In this document: in pieces, positions 50,763 through 60,997 of the stretch
Layout: every line of letters begins with the position of its first letter
Numbering within the stretch: the stretch's first letter is position 1
From: an uncultured Spirochaetota bacterium
Lineage (GTDB): Bacteria > Spirochaetota > Spirochaetia > SZUA-6 > Fen-1364
Length of the DNA stretch: 64,000 nt
Direction of reading: 5' to 3'
Assembly (NCBI GenBank): GCA_963733835.1
Contig: CAVTER010000004.1
Location: 43,102-107,101 of the forward strand
Made by a program: the position numbers and the translations under genes
The notes under the pieces: model-generated
The model's input: the letters and a program-made list of their open reading frames with translations, nothing else
Databases searched by the model: none
What the model was told of the DNA's origin: nothing

Positions 50763-52245
50763 GTGTTCGACGTCGCTGTCATCGGCGCCGGGGTGAGCGG
50801 CGCGGCGATCGCGCGGCTGCTTGCCGCGCACGCCGTGACCGTGGCCCTGGTGGAGAGGGCAGCCGACGTCTCCTTCGGCGTCTCCAAGGCCAACTCCGGC
50901 ATCATCCACGCCGCCTTCCACCACAAGGGCACGACCCTCAAGGCGCGCCTGGAGGCCGCGGGAAACCCGATGTTCGACCGCCTGCAGGCGGAGCTGGGAT
51001 TCCCGTTTCGCAGGGTGGGCATCGTCGTGGCAGCCTTCTCCGAGGAGGAGATGAAGACCGTCGAGGTCCTGCACGAGCGGGGAGTGGAGAACGGCTCGCC
51101 GGGCATCGAGATCGTGGGCCGCGACAGGCTGCTCGCCCTCGAGCCGAAGCTCAGCCCTGACGTGCGCGGGGGGCTTTTCGCGCCCAGCGGCGGGATCATC
51201 GAGCCGTACAGGTTCGTCTTCAGCCTGGTGGAGAACGCCGTGGCCAACGGCGTGCAGCTGTTCAGGAACTGGAAGGCCTCCTCGGCGCACCAGGTGGACG
51301 GGGGCTGGCAGATCGAGTCCGACCGGGACGAGAGGATCCTCGCCCGCTGGGTGGTGAACGCCGCGGGCCTGCGCGCGGACGAGGTCTCGGCCGCCTTCGG
51401 CGCCGAGCGCTACACGATCACCCCGAGGAAGGGCGAGGAGTACATCCTCGAGAGGGGCAGCGCGGGGTTCCCCTCGCGCGTGATCTTCCCCGTCCCCACG
51501 AAGAACTCCAAGGGAATGCTCGTGATCCCCACGGTGGAAGGCACGATGATGCTCGGCCCCACCGCCGAGGAGATCGAGGACAAGTCCGACGTGGCCACCA
51601 CGCCCGACAATCTCGAGCGCGTGTTCGACCTTGCCGCCCGCATGGTGCCGGCAGTGTCGCGGCGCGACATCATCACCTCCTTCGCCGGCCTTCGGCCCAC
51701 GCTGCCGGGCGACGACTTCTATGTCGAACGCTCCCGCGAGGCGCCGCGCTTCGTGCAGGTGGCAGGCATCCAGTCGCCCGGGCCTCACGGCCTCGCCCGC
51801 CATCGCCGAGCGCGTGCTGGACCTGCTGCGGGAAGATGGCCTCGCGCTTCGGCCGCGGGCGGACTTCGACCCCTTCGTGCGACACCCCGCGCGCATCCGC
51901 GAGGTGCCGCCGGGGGACCGGGAGGCACTCGCCCGCCTGGTGGCCGAGGACCCTTCGCGCGGTCACGTGGTCTGCAGGTGCGAGACGGTGAGCGAGGCCG
52001 AGGTGGTCGAGGCGATCAGGAAGGGCCACACGACGCTGGACGGGATCAAGTTCTACACGCGCGCGGGCCAGGGCAGGTGCCAGGGCGGGTTCTGCACCTA
52101 CCGGATCATGCAGATCCTGGCGCGCGAGACGGGCATGCCCCTGGAGGCAATCACCAAGAGGGGCGGGGAGAGCGTGCTCGTGGTGGGGCGCATCGGCGCC
52201 GGCCGGCCGCCGACCCGTCTGCCGGTCCCGGGAGGCCCGCGTGAG
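50763..52245 (+). CDS. GlpA-like FAD-dependent oxidoreductase with a C-terminal BFD-like [2Fe-2S] domain; one or more frameshifts near 51790
   Basis: MFDVAVIGAGVSGAAIARLLA (GxGxxG), DAO-family motifs, then after a shift CRCETVSEAEVVEAIRKGHTTLDGIKFYTRAGQGRCQGGFC, a BFD-like 2Fe-2S domain. Confidence 0.7.
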
Positions 52246-53516
52246 CCTCGAGCGCAGCTACGACGCCGTGGTGATCGGCGGCGGGAGCGCGGGCATGGCC
52301 GCGGCCCTTGCCGTGCGCGAGGCAGGGCTCACCGCCGCCATCGTGGAGCGCGAGCCGTTCCTCGGCGGCATCCTCCTGCAGTGCATCCACAGCGGGTTCG
52401 GCATCCACGAGTTCGGCGAGGACCTCACGGGCCCCGAGTACGCCGAGCGGTTCATCGCCAGGGTGGTCGGGGCGGGCATCGACTGCTTCCTGGACACCAC
52501 GGTCATGGAGGTCCTCCCCCGGGACGGCAGGCGCGAAATTGTTGCCTGCTCCAGCCGCCACGGGGTGGTGCGCCTGTCGGCCCGGGCGGTGATCCTCGCC
52601 ATGGGCTGCCGGGAGAGAAACAGGGGCAACGTGGCCATCGCGGGCACAAGGCCCGCCGGGATCTTCACGGCAGGCCTGGCCCAGCGCCTTGTGAACATCG
52701 AGGGCTGCATCCCCGGCAGGCGCGTGGTGATCGTGGGCTCGGGCGACATCGGCCTGATCATGGCGCGCAGGCTCACCCTGGTGGGCTGCACGGTCCTCGG
52801 CGGTCGTCGAGATCCAGCCGTACCCCTCGGGCCTCGTGCGCAACCTCGTGCAGTGCCTGAACGACTTCTCCATCCCTCTGTACCTCGGCCACGTGGTCTC
52901 GAGGATCTCGGGGAAGGACAGGGTGGAGTCGGTGGAGATCGCGCCCCTGGTGGAGGGGCGACCCGACACGGGGCGGGCCTTCCGCATCGACTGCGACACG
53001 GTGCTCCTGTCGGTGGGGCTCATCCCCGAGAACGAGCTGTCGCGCGCGGCGGGAGTGCCCATCAACGGCGACACGAATGGTCCCGTTGTCGACGCCGACC
53101 TGATGACGGGCGTGGAGGGCATCTTCGCCTGCGGCAACGTGCTGCACGTGCACGACCTGGTGGACTTCGCCTCGGAGGAGTCGCGCCGCTGCGGCCAGCA
53201 CGCCGCGGCCTGGCTGCGTTTCCGCGGAAACGCAGCACGCCCAGCCGGACCCGGGCCGAAGGTCTCGGCCGGCGCCAATGTCCGCTACGTGGTACCGGGC
53301 GCGTCGGCGCCGGGCAGGGAGAACGTGCTGTACCTGCGGCCCATGGTGGTGAAGAACAACGCGGTGCTCGAGGTGACCGTGGACGGCGAGGGCATCAGGA
53401 AGCGGAAGCTCGCCCACGTGCAGCCCTCTGAGATGATCCGCATCGCGTTGAAGGCCGGCGACATCCCCGCCGCCGACCCCGCGAAGCCCAACCTGATGGA
53501 GGTGTCCATCCGGTGA
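52241..53516 (+). CDS. FAD/NAD(P)-binding pyridine nucleotide-disulfide oxidoreductase-family protein; one frameshift near 52800
   Basis: A GTG start after GGAGG: VSLERSYDAVVIGGGSAGMAAAL. A second Rossmann (RVVIVGSGDIGLIMARRL) follows, and the sequence continues in another frame (ACGNVLHVHDLVDFASEE). Confidence 0.7.
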
Positions 53517-53938
53517 GCGCGACCCCCGACGCCGCAGCAACGGCCGGCGCACCCGGCTGCGAAATGGTCTGCATAGCCTGCCCGCTGGGCTGCAGGCTCA
53601 CTGTCGGCAGGTCCGCTTCCGGCGAGCTCACGGTGACAGGAAACCGCTGCCCCAAGGGCGTGACCTATGCCCAGGAGGAGACCCTCTCCCCGAAGCGCAT
53701 CGTGACCGCGGTGGTCCGCACTGACTCCGAGGCTTTCCCCTATGCTCCCGTGCGCACCGACGTGCCGCTTCCCCGGGCGCTGGCCGCCGGCCTGCTGCAG
53801 GACCTGTACGCGCGAACCGTCGCGCTGCCCGTCCGCATGGGTGCAGTGCTGATCGACGACGTGGCCGGCACCGGGGTGAAGGTCGTCTTCACGCGGAACC
53901 TTCCACCCGCGGAAGTCCCGTCCGCCGGTCGGCGCTAG
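53513..53938 (+). CDS. DUF1667 domain protein
   Basis: CIACPLGCRLTV...GNRCPKG are the Cys motifs characteristic of DUF1667. Its start overlaps the upstream stop. Confidence 0.65.
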   Translation: MSATPDAAATAGAPGCEMVCIACPLGCRLTVGRSASGELTVTGNRCPKGVTYAQEETLSPKRIVTAVVRTDSEAFPYAPVRTDVPLPRALAAGLLQDLYARTVALPVRMGAVLIDDVAGTGVKVVFTRNLPPAEVPSAGRR

Positions 53939-54336
53939 CGCTTCTTCCGGCTGGACGCGTTCAGCGCCACGGCCTGCCGTACCAGGGCGCTCAGCGCGGC
54001 CGTGTCTACCTTCTCTCCCTCGTGGATGTCGATTGCGCGCCTGGTGCTGCCCTCGAGGCTCGCGTTGAAGAGGCGCTTGGGGTCCTTCAGCGCGGCACCC
54101 CGGGCGAAGGTGAGCTTCACCGCCTGCTTGTAGGTCTCGCCCGTGCACACAATGCCGTCGTGGCACCAGGCAGGGGTCCCCCTCCACATCCATTCCTCGA
54201 CGATCCCGGGGTCTGCCTTGTGGACGAGCGCCCGGACCTGGGCAAGCACCTTGCCCCGCCAGTCGCCCAGCTCGTCGATCCTCATGTCGATCAGGTCGGA
54301 CGCCGGCTTCCCCGCCACCCTCTCCTGATTCTGCAT
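53935..54336 (-). CDS. DUF1801 (YdhG-like) domain protein, second copy
   Basis: MQNQERVAGKPASDLIDMRIDELGDWRGKVLAQVRALVHKADPGIVEEWMWRGTPAWCHDGIVCTGETYKQAVKLTFARGA. Confidence 0.6.
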   Translation of the reverse strand: MQNQERVAGKPASDLIDMRIDELGDWRGKVLAQVRALVHKADPGIVEEWMWRGTPAWCHDGIVCTGETYKQAVKLTFARGAALKDPKRLFNASLEGSTRRAIDIHEGEKVDTAALSALVRQAVALNASSRKKR

Positions 54337-54570
54337 CTGTTTCCTCCGTGCGCACCGGCCCGCGACCCCGCTCTCGAGGCCCGCCAGGGATCGCCGTCCC
54401 GGCTCGGCACCACCGAAAACGTAGCGACACTCGGCGCAGGGGGCAAGTGCAGGCCGGAGGCAATCTCCTTTGCGCACCTCCAGGCGGCCTTCGCTGCCCT
54501 CTTCCTCCGTGGCGGAGACGCCGGCTTCCTGCCGCACGTTCGTCGCTCCTTCCCTCATGGGACCCTGCCC

Positions 54571-55907
54571 TCAGTTCTTCCCCGGCAGGTCCAACTCCAC
54601 GTGCACCGGGCAGTCGCACTCGCCGGCCTTCCTGCTCGCGCAGCCTTCCCCGTGCCAGACGAGCAGCCCGCAGTGGCCCCCTGGCAGGTGCTGCCTGTGG
54701 GCGAGCTGGGGCAGGAGCTTCCACGCGGCAGCCCGCACCCGCGCATCCAGCTCCCTGCGCGCCCGGTACTGGCGCTGCTCGCTCTCGGACAGGTCGAATC
54801 CCCGGGCATACCAGATCACGGCCGCGCCCCCTGCCTTGCCTTCGCTCCCAGGGCGGAGAGGAGCAGCGTGGTGCGGAGGTACGACTCCTCGAAGGAAGGC
54901 TCCGCGTGGTGCCAGGCCGCGCCCGGCGACAGCAGGCGGTCGAGGTTGCGGCGGAAGACTCTCCGCGTCTGCACCGGCATGGCGGCCTGGCCCCTGGCCA
55001 GGGCCTCCTCGCCCTCTTTGCGGGAGCCCGAGAGCACGAGCGCGGCTCCCATGAGCCCCACGGCGTAGGGATCGCCCGGCTTGACCGAGAGGAACCTCTC
55101 CAGGTGCGCCACCGCATGGTTCGGGTCGCCCCCGCGGATGCGGAAGTGCGCGGCGCGCAGGTGCAGGTGCCTGTTGTACGGGTCGTGAACCAGCGCGCGC
55201 TGCAGTGTGCGAAGGGCCTGGCCGGGCCTGCGCAGGTCTCCCGTGGTGTAGGGGGAGTGCCGGCGCAGCCGCGAGAGCGCGGCGAACGCGCAGGCGGTCA
55301 TGGCCACCGCGAACAGCGACTGGGCGCCGAACCCGATCGTGGCAAGGAAGTTGGAAAAGCCGTGCACCAGGGAGGCGGGAAGCACGGCGAGGAGCACCAT
55401 GGCAAGACCCCGGGGCGTGAGCCGGGCAGTGCCGAAGCGTTGCGTCGACCAGGCCAGGCCCCAGATCGACGCGTAGATCATGTGCCGCAGCGGGGTGATC
55501 GCGGCCCGCAGGAGCGCCGTCCCGGGCCCGTACCATGCGCCGTAGAGGACGTTCTCGACGAGGGCGAAGCCCAGGCCCACGGCCGCTGCCTGGTAGATCC
55601 CGTCGGCAGGCTCGCGCAGCGAGCGCAGCCGGGCAACGAGGATGGAGAAGACGAGCAGCTTGGAAAGCTCCTCGACAGGGGCATAGACGAACACGAAGAG
55701 GAGCAGCGAGAGTCCCGGCCGCGTCGCGGCCGGGTCGGCGGGCAGGATGTTGCTGAGCACGTACGCCGGCGCCGCGCTGAGCATGCCCAGCACGAACAGG
55801 ATCGCCATGCTCCTGTCCAGGCGCTTCCTGGCCCTGTGCGGGTCCAGCCGCAGGAGCGCCACCAGCCACGCCACTGCCGAGATGCCCGTGATCACGATCG
55901 CTGCCAT
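54571..55907 (-). CDS. PrsW-family intramembrane protease-like protein with TPR-like and Cys-rich C-terminal regions; one frameshift near 54830
   Basis: A multi-TM region (MAAIVITGISAVAWLVALL...) with PrsW-like motifs (EELSK, FALVEN, HGFSN). The C-terminal tail in the 54571.. frame contains CGLLVWHGEGC...CDC. Confidence 0.5.
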
Positions 55908-56344
55908 GCCTACATCCTTTCCCCGTAGATGCTCTCGGGTCTCCAGAGTGCTCGCAGGTCCCACCCGCCTCGACCGCGTTGGGGAGCTGCTCCCACGGGC
56001 GCGCTCGTAGTCGGCACGGGCACCGTACCGACCCCGCCTTGACGGGGAACCCGCCCAGCGTGCCGTTCTGGGCGATGGACCACCACGCGAGGCGGGAGGG
56101 CTTGTCCGCGAGGCGGACCATGCACACGGCGTGTCCGTTCCCGCCTGCTTCGCGACCGAAGCTCCCGACCCACGGGTCCCAGCCCCAGTAGCGGAGCAGG
56201 CCGCAGGTGAACAGCGCCCAGTCCTCGCAGGACGCCCGCCTGCCCGCTGGCCAGGCAACTGCTGCGTCGGGCCAGCCGACCGCAATGGCCGTGGGCCCGC
56301 TGTCGGACTGAAGTCCACTCCAGCCGAAGACACCGGATCGCGGT

Positions 56345-57783
56345 CTACCGAAGAGCCCATCTGGAGGAGGCTGCTGGAAGGATCGCGCAGCTCAGGACCA
56401 CCCACGAGCGATCCCTCAGGCGGCCCGCTCCGGCCAGCGTCAGGGGAGATGCCGAAAACCTCGAAATGAGCTTGTCCTTCAGGGACGGGAAGATCGTGCG
56501 CGAGAACACCTCGATGATCCTGTCTCGATCCGGGTCTTGGCTTCCTCGTACCAGCCCGCCTCCTCGATCCTCACGAACAGCTCGTAGTCCATGAGCAGCT
56601 GATGATGATGCCCGATCGCCCCGGGGGCGCCGGGCGGGATCGCGCAGGACGGGAATGGAGACTTCAAATGTGTTCAGATCGCAGAACTCATCCAGCCACC
56701 CGAAAACCTGTTCCTTCGTGATGGTGCCCCAGTGTCGAGGATGTTCTTCAGTTGGACTTGAAGGTTTCGCCCAGTCCCTGCCTCGAGGGGGTATAGAACA
56801 GGTGCGCCGAGGTGATCCCGGAATACCTCTCCCACGGCTCATCGACGGCGAGGAATACGCGTGAACACCGACTCGGCCCCTTTGGAGGACAGGATCTTCT
56901 CCTTCTCCCTTTGATCCTCGCCCGGGTCTTTGCAGGAAGGTCACGGTGTCGGCGATGGAGTAGAGTCTTTCAGGTCCGCGGCCCATATCAGCTTCCCGTA
57001 GCCGTACTGGCTCCCCGGCTGTCTTCCACGACCCGCGGGCCCGGGAACACTTCACGATCTCGGTGCCCGTCATGACTTCGCCACCAAGCTCGCCGATCTT
57101 CTCGCGGATCCTGCCCGTGAATGCGCCGACGCCGCCGACGGGATACAGGTAGTCGTTGTAGAGCGCGAAATAGCTGAGGGTGAAGAATGCCGGCGTCCCC
57201 TTGAAGAAGTGCTGGCTGAAGACGTCCCGCAGGGGCCCGTGCGTGATGATCTTCTGCAGGAACGCCTCCATCGGGACGTTCAGCTTGCCGATCCTGGACA
57301 GCGTGTGAACGAACTTGAAAAGCCACGCGAACACCGAGGGGATCATCCGCAGGCTCTTCGGCGATTTCGAAAACAGCGGGTTGTCCGCACCGTACAGCAC
57401 CTTGAGGTCGTTGATGACCTTGCGGATCTCGTCGGCAAGGGCATCGACCTCGGGAACGCTGCCGGGATACAGCTCCTTCAGCAGCGCGGAGTATTCCAGT
57501 AGGCTGTCCTCTCCCGTCACCGTGAAGACGTGGTCCTCGATTCCCAGCGACACCGGGATAGGCAAGAATTGCACACGATGCCCAGCATCGGGGCATGGCG
57601 GCACGAGCGGAGTTACAAGGGCCCGTGCGCCGCCTCGAAATGGAAACCGTCCGTGGAGAACGAGTTCATAGGCCGACCGCAGGTGTCGTTCTTCCCGATC
57701 AACAGCGTGTCCTTCTTCGACGTGCACAGGTAGACGGCTGCCGTAGTTCCGTGCTCCCGTCCCGCGACCACGTACTCGCTCAT
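56345..57783 (-). pseudogene. Phytoene-desaturase (CrtI)-family FAD oxidoreductase, multiply frameshifted
   Basis: The N-terminus (MSEYVVAG...IGKNDTCGRPMNSFSTDGFHFEAAHGPL) is in ORF 57613..57966, the middle (YPVGGVGAFTGRIREKIGELGGEVMTGTEIVK) in 56345..57727, and the C-terminal motif (FGWLDEFCDLNTFEVSIPVLRDP) in another frame. Confidence 0.5.
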
Positions 57784-57844
57784 CTTCACGTACACAACTC
57801 CGCTGGAACAGGTTGTTCTGCGAGACTGTGTCTCTTCCCGCCTG

Positions 57845-58819
57845 TCAACCGAGGAGGCTGCCCGTCGCAGCGCGTCGCCGTTCCCGCGTCCAGGCCAGCG
57901 TCTCACTGATGCGCACCTCCATCGGGGTGGGGCGCATCCCGAACGTCTTCTCCATGGCGCTCCCATCGAGGATGAAGGGCCCGGTGAACTCGTAGAGCAT
58001 TTCCACCACCTCGCGGGCGCCCGGGTCGAAGAGGCCGGCGACGCCGAGCACCGACCGACCGGCGACCCGCGCCTTCACTTCTCGTCCCAGCTCCTTCGAG
58101 AGGAGGTCGAGCAGCTCCTGCTGGGTCACCGGAGGACCAGAGGGCACGTGCCACGCACGCCCGAGCGCCCGGTCGTCGGTGCCGGCAGTGGCGAGGGCCC
58201 GGCCGAAGTCCTTCACGTAGGTGAAGCTGTGCTCCTGGTCGAGGCTTCCCAGCGCGCTCACGGGCCTGCCTTCCAGTGCGGCGCGGAAGATCATGCGCCC
58301 GTTCACGGGTTCCCAGGGACCGAAGAAGTCGCTGCCCCGGACGGCCGCGGCGCGGATGCGCCCTGCCGCGTGGGCGTCGACCAGCGCCCGGGCCATGGCC
58401 GCCCTCACCGCGCCCTTGCGCGAGCAGGGGCGGAACGGCATCGTCTCGACCATCGGCTGCCCCCCGGTGTTCCCGTACGGGTAGAGGTTCTCCGCGGCAA
58501 CGAGCTTCGCCCCCGCGCCGGAGGCTGCCTCGAGGATCGCATCCTGCAGGGGAGGGAACTCCGCGGCCCACCGGTGGTACGGAGGCTGGGCGCACTGGTA
58601 GACCGTCTCCGCGCCGGCGACCAGGTCGCGGGTCTGCGCCGGGACACGGGCGTCCGCGGCCACGACCTCTGCGCCGGCCGGCGGTGGTTCCATCCCGCCG
58701 CTGCGGTTGACCAGCCGCACCCGGTGACCCATCTCCAGGAGCGCCTCGGCCGTGAACCGACCCAGGGGCCCGGTCCCGAAGACCACGTGCAGGGCCTTCC
58801 CGTTCCGTGTCGTGCGCAC
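57845..58819 (-). CDS. NAD-dependent epimerase/dehydratase (extended SDR) family protein
   Basis: A GTG start after AGGAGA. LHVVFGTGPLG is a Rossmann motif. The protein is about 325 aa. Confidence 0.65.
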   Translation of the reverse strand: MRTTRNGKALHVVFGTGPLGRFTAEALLEMGHRVRLVNRSGGMEPPPAGAEVVAADARVPAQTRDLVAGAETVYQCAQPPYHRWAAEFPPLQDAILEAASGAGAKLVAAENLYPYGNTGGQPMVETMPFRPCSRKGAVRAAMARALVDAHAAGRIRAAAVRGSDFFGPWEPVNGRMIFRAALEGRPVSALGSLDQEHSFTYVKDFGRALATAGTDDRALGRAWHVPSGPPVTQQELLDLLSKELGREVKARVAGRSVLGVAGLFDPGAREVVEMLYEFTGPFILDGSAMEKTFGMRPTPMEVRISETLAWTRERRRAATGSLLG

Positions 58820-58836
58820 GTCGTTCTCCTCTCGTC

Positions 58837-59955
58837 TCACGGTCTCACCAGGCCGTCGGTCGGGATGCGGAACCCCTCTGCGAATCCGTCTGACGCCATC
58901 CCGACGGCAGCGATCATCTGGATCGTCTCGCCGGCTCCCGCGAAGCCGTCGTGCACCGAGCGGTACAGGTCCGCCATGGCCGGGTACTCCTGCAGCGGCT
59001 GCGATGCGGGAAGAACCGCGAGGCCGTCGTGGATGGCCTGCAGCCACATCCGCTGGAACGCGACGCCGGCCAGGACCTGCGCCGCGCGGCTGTTGCCCCG
59101 GGTCCGCACGAGAAGGAAAGTACCTGCCCCGTCGATCTCCTTGTCGAAGCTGCCGGCGCCTGCCAGGCCCCACTTCGCAGGCTTCATGGGGAAGAGGGTC
59201 TCGAAGAGCTGGACCGCGCCGAGGGATTTCCTGGGAAAGCTGCTGCGGTACGATAGGCCCCAGGGGGTCCGCGCGATCTGCCGCGCGCTGCGGCGCATCA
59301 CGGTGTAGGACTCTTCCAGCGTCGGCAGGTGGGTCATCTCGAGCCGGAAGGCATCCTTCAGGATCGGTTTCAGCCGGGCAAGCGACGGTTCGTCGGTGAG
59401 GAACTCGACGGTAACGCCGGGGAGGTTTCCCGCGCGCTCCAGGTCGGCCTGCTGCCCGGCAGCAAGCGAAAGCCTCCCGAGACCGGCCTTGACCGTGGCC
59501 CCGGCGAGCGCATCGAGGTACCCCGGCTCCTGCGCGCCAGTCGCGGGCTCCAGGTGCACGACGGCCACGGGCGCGGCGAAGTCCCTGCCGAGGTCGTCCG
59601 GGGCAGGTTCGCCCCCGGGGAAAAGCTCGATCCGTGCCCGGTAGCCTGCTGCCGAGGCCGCGTCCTCGACAACCGCGAGGAATCCACCGATCGACATCAG
59701 TGTCTGCCGTGAGAACGGGTCGGCCTGCGGCAGCAGCCGTGCACCCGCAAGGTGGATGCGGAAGGTGTTCGCGCCGGCGGGGTCGAGCGTGACCTCCCAC
59801 GGCTGCATGTTGTGAGCGGACATGCTCCACCGCGCCTGCTCGACGATGGCCAGCCGGACATCCCGGCCGGCAGCTCCCGGGGAGGTGCCGCCGCGCGGGG
59901 CAGCCGCGCAGGCTCCGAGTGCGAACGACAGCGCGAGGATGGACAGGGGACGCAT
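58837..59955 (-). CDS. Acg-family nitroreductase-like lipoprotein
   Basis: A lipobox (ALSFALGACAA) followed by a tandem nitroreductase-like fold (PWEVTLDP...). The protein is about 370 aa. Confidence 0.55.
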   Translation of the reverse strand: MRPLSILALSFALGACAAAPRGGTSPGAAGRDVRLAIVEQARWSMSAHNMQPWEVTLDPAGANTFRIHLAGARLLPQADPFSRQTLMSIGGFLAVVEDAASAAGYRARIELFPGGEPAPDDLGRDFAAPVAVVHLEPATGAQEPGYLDALAGATVKAGLGRLSLAAGQQADLERAGNLPGVTVEFLTDEPSLARLKPILKDAFRLEMTHLPTLEESYTVMRRSARQIARTPWGLSYRSSFPRKSLGAVQLFETLFPMKPAKWGLAGAGSFDKEIDGAGTFLLVRTRGNSRAAQVLAGVAFQRMWLQAIHDGLAVLPASQPLQEYPAMADLYRSVHDGFAGAGETIQMIAAVGMASDGFAEGFRIPTDGLVRP

Positions 59956-59957
59956 GT

Positions 59958-60698
59958 TCACGATGAAGCTCCTTTTCGAACGGGGTTCGGCCCGCGGTCG
60001 GGGACTGCAAGCACGGCGCTCACCAGCGCATCGAGCTCCGCGCGGTACAGCCGCGCGGGATCGGCAAGGTAGGGGGGGAACTGGCGGCTCAGCTCGATGG
60101 AGACCAGCCCGTGCACGCGGGCCCACACGTGCACGGCCCTCGCCAGGACGGAGGGGTCTGCCGAGCCGTACAGACGGGCAGCATCAGCGGGGGAAAGGCC
60201 GGTGGTGGGACCGACAGCGCCCGCGGACGCCGACCGGGCCGACCGAAGCACCCGGGCCTTGCGCGCCGCCTCGAGGGTCCCGATCAGAACCGCCAGCGCC
60301 TGCCCCGCGACAGGGCCCACCTGGGCGGCAGGCAGCACGTACCCCGGGAACGGCGCAGAGAACATCAGCAGGTATCGCTCGGGGTTCGCGATTGCCCACT
60401 CCCGGTAGGCCATGCCCAAGGCCCGCAGCCTGCCGGCGTGGTCGTCGGCGCGAAGCCGGGAGACTGCCGCGGCCTGGTTCGCGCCGAAGGCGGTGTAGGC
60501 ATCGACGACCAGGGCGGTCACGAGGTCGTCCCGGCGGTGGAAGTAGTTGTAGATCGCCGGGGCGGTGATGCCCAGCTCGCGCGCGATCGCCCGCAGCGAA
60601 AGGGCGGCGGCCCCCTCCGAGGAGACCTGCCCCCACGCCGCGGTCTTGATTGCCTCCAGGAGGCTGGTTCCCTGCTGGCCCGGTTTTCTCGGCGACAT
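59958..60698 (-). CDS. TetR/AcrR-family transcriptional regulator
   Basis: TSLLEAIKTAAWGQVSSEGAAALSLRAIARELGITAPAIYNYFHRRDDL is a TetR HTH. Confidence 0.8.
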   Translation of the reverse strand: MSPRKPGQQGTSLLEAIKTAAWGQVSSEGAAALSLRAIARELGITAPAIYNYFHRRDDLVTALVVDAYTAFGANQAAAVSRLRADDHAGRLRALGMAYREWAIANPERYLLMFSAPFPGYVLPAAQVGPVAGQALAVLIGTLEAARKARVLRSARSASAGAVGPTTGLSPADAARLYGSADPSVLARAVHVWARVHGLVSIELSRQFPPYLADPARLYRAELDALVSAVLAVPDRGPNPVRKGASS

Positions 60699-60997
60699 CT
60701 GCTCTCTCCTCCCATCTAACACCGTATATATACACTGTTAACACCCGATCGTCAAGCCCCCTGGCGGAAGCGCCACCGGCTGCTGCCCTGCGGGGGCGGC
60801 CGCCCCGGCGCGCTCGTCCCCGGGGGCTGCGCGCGGCCTCCCGCACGGGCAGCGGAGCACTTGCCTCGGAAGCGCGTTCGTGAGAACGTGTCGGATCGGC
60901 AGGCCGCGGGTGCGGGGTGCCCCTGCGAACGGGGAACCCGGCGGGCACCCGGTGAAAGCCAGTGACGGCGGGGCCGCCGAACCGGAGGTGCTGGAGA

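Noticed and set aside
54571-54815. C-terminal tail RQHLPGGHCGLLVWHGEGC...CDCPVHVELDLPGKN as a separate DUF3565-like small protein
   Set aside because: The resemblance to DUF3565 is superficial, and the reading frame is continuous upstream without a start. It is more parsimonious as the frameshifted C-terminus of the PrsW-like gene.
53285-55117. 610-aa minus-strand ORF and the 526-aa + ORF 54348..55928
   Set aside because: Low-complexity Arg/Pro/Gly translations spanning several real genes (DUF1667, DUF1801, PrsW-like) in the wrong frame or strand.
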